Of a stretch of 64,000 nucleotides of DNA, positions 1 through 13,043 are shown piece by piece. The stretch is from Paecilomyces variotii (lineage: Eukaryota): NCBI GenBank assembly GCA_004022145.1, contig RCNU01000002.1; one strand, given 5' to 3'. The number at the start of each line of letters is the position of its first letter. Position 1 is the first letter of the stretch. The translations under genes and the position numbers were made by a program. The notes under the pieces are model-generated. The model worked only from the letters and a program-made list of their open reading frames with translations. It did no database searches and was not told where the DNA came from.

Positions 1-1423
1 GGTGATATCGCGTCAGCAGATCATCTGTCCCCGTCAGCTTATATCTCTGGAGTAGACTTCGCCGACGACCTATGTTATCTGAATATGATATCCTCATGCT
101 AGGAATCCTCCAAGGCAATTATTGCAACGCTTGTCGAATTGGTATTCGGGAATATGAAATCAATATAGCTGTTACCTGGACGAATGAGGCACTTGCCACA
201 CGCTTGTACAGTACTTAGGGCTCATAACTCTTACTATGTGCGAACATAGTAAAGGCTTTAACCGCAGACTCTGTAGACGAAAAGATGAAACTGGAATACA
301 CTTGTGGAACCTAATAGATATTATAAGATAGCCCCCCTCAGTCTTCAGGGTTGCACAGGGGCTTGGTGCAACAAGCGAAATAGCACTCAGGAAACAAGAC
401 CGATCTGTACTCCACAATACTATACTATGTCATATATAGCTCCTTCACGTGGATATGAACTCAGTGTGATAAGGGTAGATTCGTAGCTAATTGTTTTTTC
501 TATTGCTGGCCACACACATTGTGCCCCCGCTTTGGGAAGTAACGGCTGTAGCAACGATAGACCGCATCTAGATCTTGAGAATCTATTCTAGCAGGATCCC
601 AGTTTACCATCATTGCCAACACGATCTCCTTCATCTGGACCCTGCCGTAGAGTGGTGTTCCTTGTGTTATACACACTGCTTCACACCTTGGTCTCCAGCC
701 ATTGGGTGCATTGGCTTGATGCCAATTTGTTGCCTCATCCTCATATTAGTACTAGCTTCACGTCTGGAAGTCTACTGACCACAGAAGACCCCACATGTTC
801 TCAGAGAGAGATATTAGGTACTCGCCTCATCCTTAAGCATGAATATTCGCCTGTATGAAGGCGTAAGCGCTAATACTCTGGGCCATATTTTGGGAATAGG
901 CTGATTGGCTGTACCTCAGTTGTTTCTCGGCCCTTCGATAAACACGGGTCTCCGAGAGGATGCATCACACAAGAAATTATTAGCCTGGGTGGTGTGGTTG
1001 TCTGTTCGTTAAAAGGAGGGTTACTTATTGAGAGGCCCGAGCCATCTGGACTACTGTTTGTCTATATTCCTTCTGGGTCTTTCATGACCCGGTTTTAAGG
1101 CCTTCGACTAGATCATCTCGCCATGCGCGAGATAGCTGATTGACAGGCCAGCAACCAGTCGTGATTGCTTCTTAGTCACTTACCTAAATTTACCATATAC
1201 CCGGAAGAAGTTGTATAGAACCGAATCAGGCAACCCCGTCCGAGGTGTGATGATGCCACGGATATTGGATAGTGAGGCACAGCTGGCTTGCGCGAAAAGT
1301 GCTCTCGTTGTACAATATATATGTGAGTAAGATGTGTACCATGCTGAGATCCATTCTATTGAGTATTGTCCATTCTAATATGACTTAGCTCTCTTCCAGC
1401 TAAACGTAAACTGCCTGCCCAGC

Positions 1424-3562
1424 ATGTTCAACTTACCGTCACTTATCGTTATACTTGCTACGCTGTCTTTGGCGTTAGCCACTCCAACTGACCGAAATGT
1501 TACTGATGGGTTACCTGATGGACTCGTTGCGGGGAATCTGGGTGCTATTGCTGGCCTCGTTGGTGTTGAGGAAACCTTCGATTATATCGTCATCGGTGGT
1601 GGGACCGGTGGAAACGCAATTGGCGTCCGTCTCGCAGAAGCTGGGCACAAAGTTGCAATTATTGAAGCGGGTGAATACTACGAGATTGGAGAGATCGTTC
1701 TTGCAAGTACCCCTGGGGGTGACATAGTCTTCGTTGGGGCCGATATTACAGATTCGGATCCTCTCGTCGACTGGGAATTTGTGACAGAACCGCAGGCAGG
1801 TGCTGACAACAGAGAAATTCATTATGCTCGTGGCAAATGTCTAGGTGGATCGTAAGAATTTCCTGGCCTTAGAATTACGAATATGGTCTCTAACAGTTAT
1901 ATAGATCCGCCCTTAATTTCATGGTCTATCACAGGTACGGTGACCCACATCGCAACACTCTTAGTATATATTAACAAATCTCCTATTAGGGGAACCAAAG
2001 GTAGCTTTGATAAATGGGCTGAGCTTGTCGGAGATGAGAGCTACACTTTCGAAAACGTGCTACCTTACTACAAGAAGAGTCCAGTATTCACACCCCCGAA
2101 TGAAGAGAAGCGTGCCGCGAACGCTACTCCGAGATATAACCCAGACGCGTTCTCACCGTCAGGGGGGCCTCTGCAGGTTACATTTTCTAACTATGCCTCT
2201 CCGCTCTCTTCGTGGGTTAGCAAGGGACTACATGCAATTGGACTTCCTGATGCCTATGATTTCAACAGCGGCGTTCTGGATGGTTCCCAGTATGTCACTA
2301 CGACAATACGGGCATCTGATCAGACACGCAGCAGTTCCCAGACTTCTTTTCTCAAGAGCGCAATGGACCAAAACCTTCAAACTTTGAAAGTCTATATTGG
2401 GACGCAAGCTGAAAAGATTCTCTTTGATGACAACAAGGTCGCCACTGGTGTTCAAGTCAACACCGCAGGTATCGGCTATACACTTCATGCCTCCAAGGAA
2501 GTCATCCTCTCTGCAGGTACATTTCAATCCCCGCAAGTTCTGTTGCTCTCGGGTATTGGAGCGAAGGAGACTCTCGAACAGTTTGATATCCCAGTCATCG
2601 CGGACTTGCCCGGCGTGGGACAAAACATGTGGGATCATATTCTCTTTGGTCCGACGTACCGTGTTGACGTTGATACTTACACCAAAGTGATTCGAGATCC
2701 CGCTTTTCTTGCAGAGGCGGTCGTCTCGTATATTGCCAACCAAACTGGTCCCTTGGCCGGCAACGTTGCTGATTACCTGGGATTCGAGAGACTCCCCAAG
2801 GCTTACCTGGACCAACTCAGCGAAAGCGCCAGAAACGATCTGGCCACTTTCCCTAGCGATTGGCCCCATATCGAGGTGAATGGTCATATAAGTCTATGTT
2901 GTCTAACTCCTAACTGACAAGGATTCTCCTGTTAGTATATCGTCGCTCCCGGATATGTAGGCAATTTCGGCAATCTCCCATTAAACCAGCCGTTCGACGG
3001 TTACGAGTATGGAACAATTCTCGCGGCGATCGTCGCTCCTCTCTCCCGTGGAAATGTCACCTTGAAGTCGGCATCGATCACAGATAAGCCGTTGATTAAC
3101 CCTAACTGGCTCACCAGCGATACCGATGTACAAGTTGCTATCGCCGCTTTCAAGCGCGCACGCGAAGCTTTCGAAAGCAACGCAATGAAACCAATCCTAA
3201 TCGGAGACGAATACTACCCCGGAAAGAACGTACAGACCGATGAAGAGATCCTCGATGTCATCAGGAAGAGCTTGATGACATTCTGGCACGCTTCCTGCAC
3301 TAACAAGATGGGCAAGAGTGACGACCCGTTGGCTGTTGTGGATTCTCAAGCTCGTGTCTTTGGTGTCAAGGGCCTGCGTGTAGTCGATGGAAGTGCTTTG
3401 CCACTCCTACCACCGGGTCATCCACAGAGCACAATTTGTAAGTCGGCCTCGTTGCTAAGAGTGCTTACTGTTTTCATGAACATTTGTCTAATGAATCACA
3501 CCACATTTACAGACATGCTTGCGGAGAAGATTGCAGATAATATCATTAAGGGATCCTCGTAG
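1424..3562 (+). CDS. Secreted GMC (glucose-methanol-choline) oxidoreductase, 5 exons (approx. 1424-1851, 1905-1934, 1990-2875, 2936-3437, 3512-3562)
   Basis: Signal-peptide-like N-terminus MFNLPSLIVILATLSLALA. FAD motif DYIVIGGGTGG, then RGKCLGGS|SALNFMVYHR, VILSAGTFQSPQVLLLSGIG and DLPGVGQNMWDH. Catalytic His pair in FWHASCT and PPGHPQS. GT-AG introns join the three ORF fragments in frame. Confidence 0.95.
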
Positions 3563-4388
3563 TGATCGATCCTTGAGTCTCCAAATATCATACACGAATA
3601 ATTTGCCAAGTCCGTTCCAGCATCTTGTTGGAGTAGTTTCTCTCCTGCTGCTTTATCCATGATCTATACCAGAGCATGTCGTCTAATCCCCGAGTTGTTT
3701 TTTCCCTTCCTTTTTGTCTGTTCAAGCCTTGTCAGGTTCAAAGTGCAACTGCTATGAGTAATGAGCCGTGAAACTCTTGCGTTTCTATCTTACTGCAGAT
3801 CTTGCAACGTCTTTCGTTATTGATGTCGTAGAGCTACGACAGAACCTTGGCGTGATGTCATATTGCTTCCGTTGTAATTAAGTTGTTTGTCCAAAAAGCA
3901 GGGTCCCTAGTATCTAAATACTGGGGTCCCCTTTGTTGTGGGTGCAGCGTAAAACATGCAGGGACTTGATCCAGCCAGGCGATCATTCTGGCCAAGCTTA
4001 GTTGAAGTAACAAGAAGGATAGCCTCAGATATAGAAATTTGTGTTCTGTTTCCATTGCATCGTTGCCTCAGAAGAGATGATGAAGGCTCTCTGAAGACAT
4101 CATTCAAGAAAGTTGACTATCAAAATAATGACATGCATGAAAGGAAGCAGGCAGGAATAACATCCTAGTCCGTCCCATATAGTCGATATCCCCCGTCAGA
4201 AGGCACTTCAATACCCTAACACCGTCTACAACCACCGATCATGAGCCGGAGAGAACTGATGTCCACAATGTCCCTAACAGCAGCAGACTCGGTGGGCCCG
4301 AAAATAGAAAGAGCTAAACTTCAACCCGTGAAACATTGCACAGCCATTAAATCCGTATTCCTTGGAAGGATACCCGGGAGCCCAGATC

Positions 4389-5217
4389 TTAGGTCAACTT
4401 CTGCTTGATGAAGAAGGAGCGGAGGTGAGAAAGCTGCCAAGCGCAGGTCGCGGAGAGGACGGCGAGCTGGATCAGAGTCCATCGGACAACACGAGAGTTG
4501 GTAGCCTCGGACTGGTCACGGAATTCCGCTTCTCGTTCCTGTATATTCTGTTAGTCATGGTCTCTCTAAACGTAGCAATGCTCGCAAGTCGAGAGAAGAC
4601 TGAACATACACGCTGGAACACCTGCTCCCTCCGGATATCCTGCAGCCGTCCATTGAGGTCCTTGACCTTCTGCACAATGTCCTGAATCTTTCCCTTATCC
4701 GCGCTCTCGATCTTGCTCGTCTCACCGATGGCAATGTCAAGAGTGAGTCGAACAGCGCCCTGCGAGTTGTACGACAACCAACCTCCGTTGGCGGCCACGT
4801 GGTCAGGCGTAAAGCAGATCTTGTGCTGTCCGCCATCAGCGGCCGAGAAGGTGAAACGGCCATCGGCATTGCCCCGCTGGGAGACGACTCGGTGGTCGTT
4901 GTCGAAGGTCTCGTCGACGGTGATGAGCACGTTTACGCCCGGGTCGGAGATGTAGCTGTGGGATGGTTGATTGTAGACCTCCGTCTTGTAGTGTCCTGTC
5001 GAAAGCCAATGGTTAGATAATGCACGGGAAGGGACTTCGGAGTGAAATACAGACCGACAACAAGAGTGTCCTTGGGCAGATCCTCGAAGAAACATTTCTG
5101 TTTATTCGGGTCCATATAGAAATACAGAGCGTGTGCGGGAATGGAGAATGAGAGGATGGTGAGGACGGCGAAGGCAGTGGTCAGCCACGACGATGGCTGA
5201 GACCTTGATAGAGCCAT
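4389..5217 (-). CDS. p24/emp24/gp25L family ER-Golgi cargo receptor (Erp1/Erp5-like), 3 exons
   Basis: Signal peptide, then [29 protein letters not shown]-domain [16 protein letters not shown], coiled coil [16 protein letters not shown], and a C-terminal TM followed by FFIKQKLT*. Confidence 0.93.
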
Positions 5218-5557
5218 GGCTGCTGATGGATATGAGAGCAAGCTATGCTCTGCTGTCGAGGAGTAGACAGACGATGGTGACGCGGAGGATCATCAACTCG
5301 ATCTCCAAGTAAACCAAGGGGGATTTCGGTCCAGCTGGCACCATCGCTGATTGGGGAAAGGCTTGGCGCGACTTCAATCCTGAGCCGCATCATTAACATT
5401 CGCCGCAACGAGCATCACCGCGTCTGCTTCTCATCATCGCGTTCATCGATTTCTGGCGTTCTTTACCTTCCAGAGGCGTCCTTTTTCAAGTCGACATCAC
5501 TTGCGCACGCCCTTCTCGTCTCGTTATCCTGTCGACCGCAGTCACAGAGCCGCCAAC

Positions 5558-7549
5558 ATGGCCGCCGCAGATGTTCGCGACATGTTGGATTTGCCCGCGG
5601 ACGGGCAGCATCCAAGACCCCACAAGAAGCAGAAGGTTGTCGAAAAGAGGCCAGGTGAGTATATACCGTCGTTCCAGATCTTGAAATATCGCTGACGCCA
5701 TCCAGAGGGAATAACCCGCGAGCTTTTTGCTCTACTTGGAGAAAGGGCACCTCCGATCGCCATTAATGAAAACCGGTACAAGGGACGACCAAAATGGATG
5801 AGCAAGACCAAAGTGCGCCCATGGTACGTTTGATCTACAATTTCCAACTCACGAGTCATGTTTTCTAATGTGATTTTCAGGCGTATGACACCGTTCACGA
5901 ATGCGGCTCGATCGGATGGCCTTGTTCTGCGACATTGGCAGAGAGAGACGGATATTCCGAAACAGGCACCTCCGCCAGAGGGAACCGAGATGGAAGTGGA
6001 TGAGAAGAAGAAGGACGAGCCGTCTAGTGCCGTGGATGGTAGCATATATCCATTCGCGAAATACAACATCAAGGCACAGGTGCCGAAGAGATACACCGAT
6101 GAGCAGTACAACAGATATTTGAAGAGCGATGACTGGACACGGGAAGAGACGGATTATCTTATGGATCTTGTGGAAGAATATGATCTACGATGGGTCGTGA
6201 TCGCCGACCGCTACGATTACCAACCGCGAGGGACAGACGCTGGCGCAGAGGGAAACGCCACGGCCATGGTACCAGCACAGAGATACCGTACAATGGAACA
6301 GATGAAGGCGCGTTACTACACGGTTGCTGCCAACATGCTAGCACTCGAACATCCACCGTCTGAAATGTCGGAAGCAGAATTCGATCTCCATGAAAAGATG
6401 ATGAAATTTGATCCGGAACGGGAGAGAGCGCGCAAGGAATTGGCTGGTCTGCAGCTGAATCGCTCGGCCGACGAAGTGCGCGAGGAGATGATCCTTCTGG
6501 AAGAGCTTAAGCGCATCACAGCCAACGAGCAGCAGTTCATCGCTGAACGCAGAGAACTGTACTCAAGGCTCGAAGTTCCCATCAGCGTCGGCAACACCAC
6601 GATGTATCAGTCCAGCCAAGGCCTATCACAGCTGCTGCAGATGTTGCTGCAAGCTGACAAGAGCAAGAAGCGCCGTTCCATTCTCGGTCCCGAAGCTGCT
6701 GCAGCTAGCCCTGCCGCGCAGACTCCTGCTGGAAACGCTCCAAGCAGTGCCAGGGACAGCAGAGCAGACACCCCTACCGGTCCTACTGCTGCAACAAACA
6801 AGAAATCTGTCGCAGCAGCCGCAGCTGCTGCTAACAAGGAGGCTCAGCAGACTATCAAGACTCTCACACCGGCCGAAGAAGCCAAATACGGTGTACAGCA
6901 CCACGACCGTCTCGCACCCGGTGTCCAATTCCGGAGCGACAGAGCTCAGAAGCTCACCCAAGCCAAATCGAACATCCAGACTCAGAAATTGGCCGCCGCT
7001 CTCAACGAGCTTGAAGTCCCTCTCCGCCTCGTCATGCCCACAGAGCGCGTATGCAAGGAATTCGAAAGACTTATCCACTCCGTCAATCTCCTCCTGGACG
7101 CCCGAAAGGTCTCCGAGAAAGTCGAGAGCGAAATCCGCATCATCGAAGCCGCCAAGGCCGAGAAGGAGCGCAAGGAACGTGAAGCAAGAGGCGAAACAGA
7201 AAAGGACCAGGAAAAGAAACCCCAAGTCAAAACTGAATCCGACGACCAACAACAACAACCTACTCCTACTACCACAGCTCCTATTCCCGAGGGAGGTGAC
7301 GCCACTACTTCTACTGAAGGAACTTCTTCCAACCCTACTACTACCTCCGATGGACAAGACAAATCTTCTGCCGAAAGACCGAACGACGCCCCCGCTACAG
7401 GACCAGCTGACAACAACACTACAGCAACAGCAGATGGCGAAAATGCGAACGGAGACAACAAAGATAAAGATGACTCGGCCTCACATAAGCGTTCAGCAAG
7501 TGTTCTCAGCTCCGTAAGCGACAAGAGCGCGAAGAGGCAGAAGAAGTAG
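5558..7549 (+). CDS. SWC4: SWR1/NuA4 complex subunit Swc4 (DMAP1/Eaf2), 3 exons
   Basis: MAAADVRDMLDLP, GITRELFALLGE, PFTNAARSDGLVLRHW, and SANT domain WTREETDYLMDLVEEYDLRWVVIADRY. Introns at about 5655-5706 and 5825-5880. Confidence 0.95.
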
Positions 7550-8101
7550 ACTAGGGACAGACAATACGCTTTGTTTTGTCCCTTTTCTTGATGAGTTATC
7601 TGTTATATCCCATCTGGTGTGGCATGGCAGTTGGTATAATTGTATATTATGTCCTTATTCATGGGAGTTCTCTAATTGATCATGGGAGCGGGAACGGTTG
7701 GCGTTCCTTTCTTTTTTTTTTGCCGGTACAGCTTCTACAAGATTTCTTTCCTGTGTAGCTTTGGTCGTCAGCCTACTACGGTATGCAGTAACTCTTTCAA
7801 GTTCTATAATGGTTTTTTTTTAAAGAAAAAGTAGTGGTAGATATGTCCCACGAGTCGACAACAGTCATGGACATTACATAGACTATCAATGATTTGCGTA
7901 TTGTATACAATCGATACGAAGAATCAATCTCACCTATCCTTCTGTCAACCAGGCCCTTTTCGTCAGCAGCGGCGCCGATACTAATTAGATACATACTCCT
8001 ACGAGCCCGTCTAGGGAGTGGTTCTCTATATATCTCGAGGTCCTATCGCCCAGATTCTCTCCCTTCTCCGCCGGTTACAAGCCTAGAAGTCTTACCCAGC
8101 T

Positions 8102-11100
8102 CTACTCATCTTGCGAGTGGGCTTCTTCTACAACCTGCGTCCTTCGGATATCAGAGCCCGAATTGGATAAGTGCCCACGAGCAGATGTTGATCTCCTGGT
8201 TCCTTCGTCTCTGGCCGATATTGGTGGCTGCTGCTCCTGCTCGATCTCGTCGGCCGGGATGTTAACGCAGTCTTCATAGAGTCTCGACCACTCCTGTGCG
8301 GTCGACGGTGACTGCTGGTTGAGATTCTCTTTCCCCGTATTCCCGGGCTGTGGGGTACTATGCGTCTCTGTTAAGAAGCGCTCATTCTCCATCAATATCT
8401 GTTGCGGGCATGTCGAGAGCGTCTGCATTGGCGCAGAGTCGGACGATCCGGTCATGAGAATACGTTCGGTCTTCTGTTTCATCCACCATTCACATTGGCG
8501 GACTTCTTCTGTGTAATCCCCCAATTGCTCTTTGTATGGGACAACACTCGTACCACGAGGGATCTGAAGTTCGGGGAACTTTGGCTGTCGATATTTAGCT
8601 GCTTCTGTTGTAAAACCAGCGCGATACCGTCTAGCTTCAAAGCTCTTCGGGCGATATAATCTCGTCCATTTGCGAATGAACTTTCGACTCTTTCCAGCGC
8701 CAGCAGCTCGTTTCTCCATACCTAGCTCCTTGCGCATGACATAGTCTGGAGACGGCCGAGAGGAGAAGTCACGAACAATGACGCCGTCACTGTATGTTGC
8801 CGATCCACACCTTTCTGTTCTCGAGTGGCTTGGTAACTTCGCCCACAGATGCTCTGTTTTCGCCCGGAGACTGCTGTGTTGCCTGGACCTCCTGCCGCTT
8901 AACTCTCGGATTTCCCCAGATTCAGTACAATTGTCGTTGTAGGACGGTCTTCCTGCCATCCCAGCATCCGGAAGAGCCAAATTCGGTGTAAGAAAAGCCT
9001 TATCCGAGGACGCTCCTTTCGAATGATCGTGTATTCTACTTTCCAGGCGTAATTGGTCTGGCGGCAAAGCTGGACCATCGTCCACTGACGTATCTGATAT
9101 CTGGGGTTTCGAACCCTCAGTCCCTTCACTAGGCACAAAAGCATATCCAAAACCAAGCCGCCTGCCTCCTGACATCCATCCCACACTGACACGGCGTGAT
9201 ACAGTTTCCTCCGTGCCTATTGCAGCACTGTTGGTATTCGGGGAGGCCGGCTCGAATTGTTCTTTGAATTTGCTTTGCGTACCAGTTGTCTGAGGGACCG
9301 TGTCATCGACCGCGGATAAGAGTCCATTTGAGGGCAATGTCCTGGAATCACCCTTCGGAGAGAATAGATCGGAAGGAAGTGCGGAATAGCGACTAGCTCC
9401 TCTGGCCCTACCATGTCTCTTTGACAAAACAATGACATCTTTGCTGTAACTTGGTGCTGGCACTTCCAGTCTCAGCTGATCAATCGAATTTCCGTAGTTG
9501 GAGGGAACGCTGCTGGTCTGGGACATGTAGAAAGACGACACGTTTCGTCCTCGTTGGTTGTTTGATGGACTGAGCCTGGGTGTTTCCGAAGTAGACGCAT
9601 TCCCGGACAGTATGGTTTGTTGTCTCAAGGAATTATAGAATATGGAATGATCTGGAAATGGCAGTTGATCACCAGAGGAGGTCGGGTAGTCAGCAGATAC
9701 TGATGCAAGTCTCTTTGATATGTTCATCTCATGGAGGCGGATGCAGTCTGGTTCGGATAGGGACCTCAGATGGGTTTGGGACCTGTAGAAATGAGACAAT
9801 GGTGGCTTGTTACCATCGAACGATGACGGAGTATCAGTGCGAGATCTGGGATAGACAGGAGTTTCACTTATTTGGATCTTCATGATCTCCGCAGATAAGG
9901 CATCGTCTCCTGTGCAAGAAGAATCGTTGCTCTGGGCCCGATCATAGGGAGCTTTATTTGTAGATAAACCACGAGCCCTCATTAGTGACATGGAATCTTT
10001 ATGTTGTATAACATGACAGTGATCTGATGAGGAAGAACTGCGCTGAACCAGTATGTCTTGCTCATGCGAGCTAGGCCCTGTATTGTCATGAGACAGGCTT
10101 CTCGATGGTTCAGACCGGGTCACCTCTGTCCTTTGTCGGCCATTGGCTTCATTTACAGATGAAGCGGTTGAAGGTTGCTTTGCAGAGGGATGTCCGTTAC
10201 AGACCAAAGGCGAATGCCTAACGTGTTCAACTGATCCATTTCTACCTCCTATCTGTGGATCCCCGTTATCAGTCTGTGATATATCCCGCGGCTCCGCAGC
10301 TGACCCCGATTGTTCACTCTCCTCTCGTATGGTAAACTCGCGTTCATGATGCAGGCTTCCAGGCGACTTGCTGCTGGACTTGGTACTCGAAAGCTGCACC
10401 GCTTGAATGGATCCCTTAGGGGTTGATATGCACTGGGCATCACTATCATACTCATTCTCATTCACCAATCCACTTCCCAGCGCATGATCCAGGACAGAAG
10501 GATGTCTAGCAGTGCCTCCATTAGCTGAGAGGAGGCGCGAGCGATCTCTATGCTTGCGGATCTGAGGCGTGTTCGATGGCGAGCCTGGACATCGTGGCTC
10601 TCTTGACAGCCGTCTGCGCAGCCTTCCTGGAATATTCTCAAGATGCCGCCGTCTCTGCTCGAGTCTCTTTGCTTTCACCGAGGCCTTGGTTTTTTGGGTC
10701 GCTAATGAAGGCCCATGGAGAGGAGTTATGGAAGCGGTATCTCCGTCATCAGACGACAAGGCGGGTCTCAATACTCTCTGCAGTTGAAGACTCTCGCCTT
10801 CATCCTCTATCAGCAAGACTTCAGTTTCGTCATTCTGTTCTGCTGTCTGTCTGGCGGAATTCGAACCCTCCGGAGGTGGCTCTGAGTTGTCACTCTTCGT
10901 TCTCTTGGCTCGACGACATAAGAGGCCCATGTCGGGTTGCCGTGCAACTGTGAGGCCAGAATATGGTTAAAGCAAATGTACTGACAGTGATAAGTATTTT
11001 TTGACGTGAAAAGAACAAAGGATACTTGCTCGTGTCACATAGAAGATGAAATATACGCCTGGGTTCCTTCGAGGCACTCTCAGAGGGAGGGAGGACTACT

Positions 11101-11171
11101 CCATTCGGGGTTGTGTCTGCCAACGTCACAAAACGGGAAGGAGGCTCTGGCAGTTCCAGCCATTTCAACAT
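8102..11171 (-). CDS. Hypothetical Ser/Arg/Pro-rich, probably disordered protein (~995 aa); exons 11171-11030 and 10947-8102
   Basis: A 942-codon open frame is too long to be chance. An upstream 47-codon ATG exon joins it in frame through a GC-AG intron (11029-10948). No recognisable domain. Confidence 0.75.
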
Positions 11172-11948
11172 CTACCAGATAGAACATATCCAAGGTAAAC
11201 ACAAACTGATATGTGGGTATCTCTTCATATTTGGACTCATAGACGAGTCAGCTAAACTATCAAATCCGAATTGAGCAAACAACAGAGTACAGCATCTCCC
11301 AGGAGAGACCACCAGGTTGCCATGGAAAGTAAAGTCAGAGAGGAGAAACAGGAACGCCTGTACAAATGCAAATCCGAACATGCAAGACAAAAGTTCCGCC
11401 CACGCTAGACGAGCCTTGGTCAAGAGGACTCTTTAGAAGTCGTAGCGTCCCGATGCAAGAAAAAAAAAATTTCCCATCCACATGCAGCGCCAAAACGTGG
11501 GAAAGAAAGCGGCAACCATGCTCTATATATGTTCAAGGACACAACGCAATAATCAGTACAAGAGAAATGTTGACAACACCCGCTTGCTTGTTGGAAACAG
11601 ATCATGAGGCGACAAATGCATATCCGAATCGGTCATGGGGAAATTGCGCTAGCCAGTTGCTCATGCGCGAAACGCGACTGTCATACGACAAAGGCGAGAA
11701 ACAAGGACAATAGACAGTTCACAGCAGATTGCAATCCAAAATCATATCGATAACATAAACCGTAATGAGACACTGGGCATTATGCATTATTCTCCTTCGA
11801 CGGAGCAGTCGTAACCGGAACACTAGGCTTTTCATGGTCGCCTGTCGAACGTACAGGGAAAAGGAAAAAACGACGGTATCATTCGTATGTTCAATGAGTC
11901 GCATTTAGAGATTGGAGCAGCTGAATTCGTCAGACTGCCGACGGCGAG

Positions 11949-13043
11949 TCATTCATCTCCCGGCATTCGGTTTTCACGATGAGATGCACTGCCCCCGGAC
12001 CGTTTCTTAAAGCCGAGTTTCAATCCCATCTTCTTCCACGGATTATCCGTCCTCTTGGGAGTGCCACCGGAGGACAGGTCGCTAGACGGTGGAGTCATCG
12101 GCGGTGTCATCGGTTCACCTGCCGTAGGACTGGACGTGTTGCTGCTACCCGAATCTTCGACAAGACTGGTTGACCCAGAATCACCACTAGAGGCAGAGTG
12201 GTGACCCGGCACGCGACTGCCCGTCTTCGACAGGGCCGCAACGACGTTCAGGCTTGGGCGACCATGGGGATGGCCACTGCCAGGAGAACGCGGGGACGCA
12301 GATTCCAACACGGACGGCCGCGGAGACCCTCGACGACCCTGGGTAGTTACCCGAGTAAGATCGTCCAGGCTAGGATTCGAGAACCGATAACATTCATTTG
12401 GATTCATGTAGGAGGGGCACGACTGACTCGCGATGTGAGCAGACGAAGAAGAGCTGTTCAGAAAAGGGATAAAGATGGACTCCTCCATGAGGTCGTGCAT
12501 CCGTGTCACCGCAGAATCCAGCACCTCAGGGGGAGGTGGGGTGGTCGAGTCAGCGTACTCAAGTAGACCGTCACGGACTGAGCTCGAGAGATTGATTTCT
12601 CGTGGAGATCCCGGCAAGATATATGCGGATATCAATCGTTGCCACAGCATACACAGGTGCTCCGTCTGGGGACAGTCTGAGCAAATGGGAGATTCGCTCA
12701 GCTGGTGGGATACGGCTTGATACGTCTCCCCATATCTCTTGGCTTCCATCGTGAATTCCAACGTCTCGAGGCAGTGGTTCTGCGAGAGATAAGCCATGAA
12801 AGCGCTGAGCGTGTAAGGAGGAGGGGCGGTGTTAGCCAAAACGTCGTCCAAGGTTGGCCGGATTGGACAGAACGCTCCACTGGGGATGGCCATGCTCATG
12901 GGCCTGGTGCCCCGAGTGCTATCCGCATCCATGTCACTATCGTGGTCTGCCTCACCTTCCGAGGAAACGGGCGAGAGTTGCGGGCTTTGGTCAGGGGTCA
13001 AGTTCCAGGAAGATGGCGTCGGAATGGTCTTCTTTGCTAGCAT
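11949..13043 (-). CDS. rgsA: Regulator of G-protein signalling, RgsA/Rgs2-type, single exon, ~364 aa
   Basis: RGS domain PTLDDVLANTAPPPYTLSAFMAYLSQNHCLETLEF...YILPGSPREINLSS followed by an S/P-rich tail. First in-frame ATG is at 13043; the ORF track starts at an upstream TTG. Confidence 0.9.
   Translation of the reverse strand: MLAKKTIPTPSSWNLTPDQSPQLSPVSSEGEADHDSDMDADSTRGTRPMSMAIPSGAFCPIRPTLDDVLANTAPPPYTLSAFMAYLSQNHCLETLEFTMEAKRYGETYQAVSHQLSESPICSDCPQTEHLCMLWQRLISAYILPGSPREINLSSSVRDGLLEYADSTTPPPPEVLDSAVTRMHDLMEESIFIPFLNSSSSSAHIASQSCPSYMNPNECYRFSNPSLDDLTRVTTQGRRGSPRPSVLESASPRSPGSGHPHGRPSLNVVAALSKTGSRVPGHHSASSGDSGSTSLVEDSGSSNTSSPTAGEPMTPPMTPPSSDLSSGGTPKRTDNPWKKMGLKLGFKKRSGGSASHRENRMPGDE

Noticed and set aside
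1..1400. Short ORFs upstream of the GMC gene
   Set aside because: All are under 85 aa, often with non-ATG starts, and show no recognisable homology.
2228..2887. 219-aa antisense ORF inside the GMC gene, and similar shadow ORFs in SWC4, uL24m, aroC and CCZ1
   Set aside because: They lie opposite or out of frame to well-supported genes and show no motifs. Codon bias explains them.
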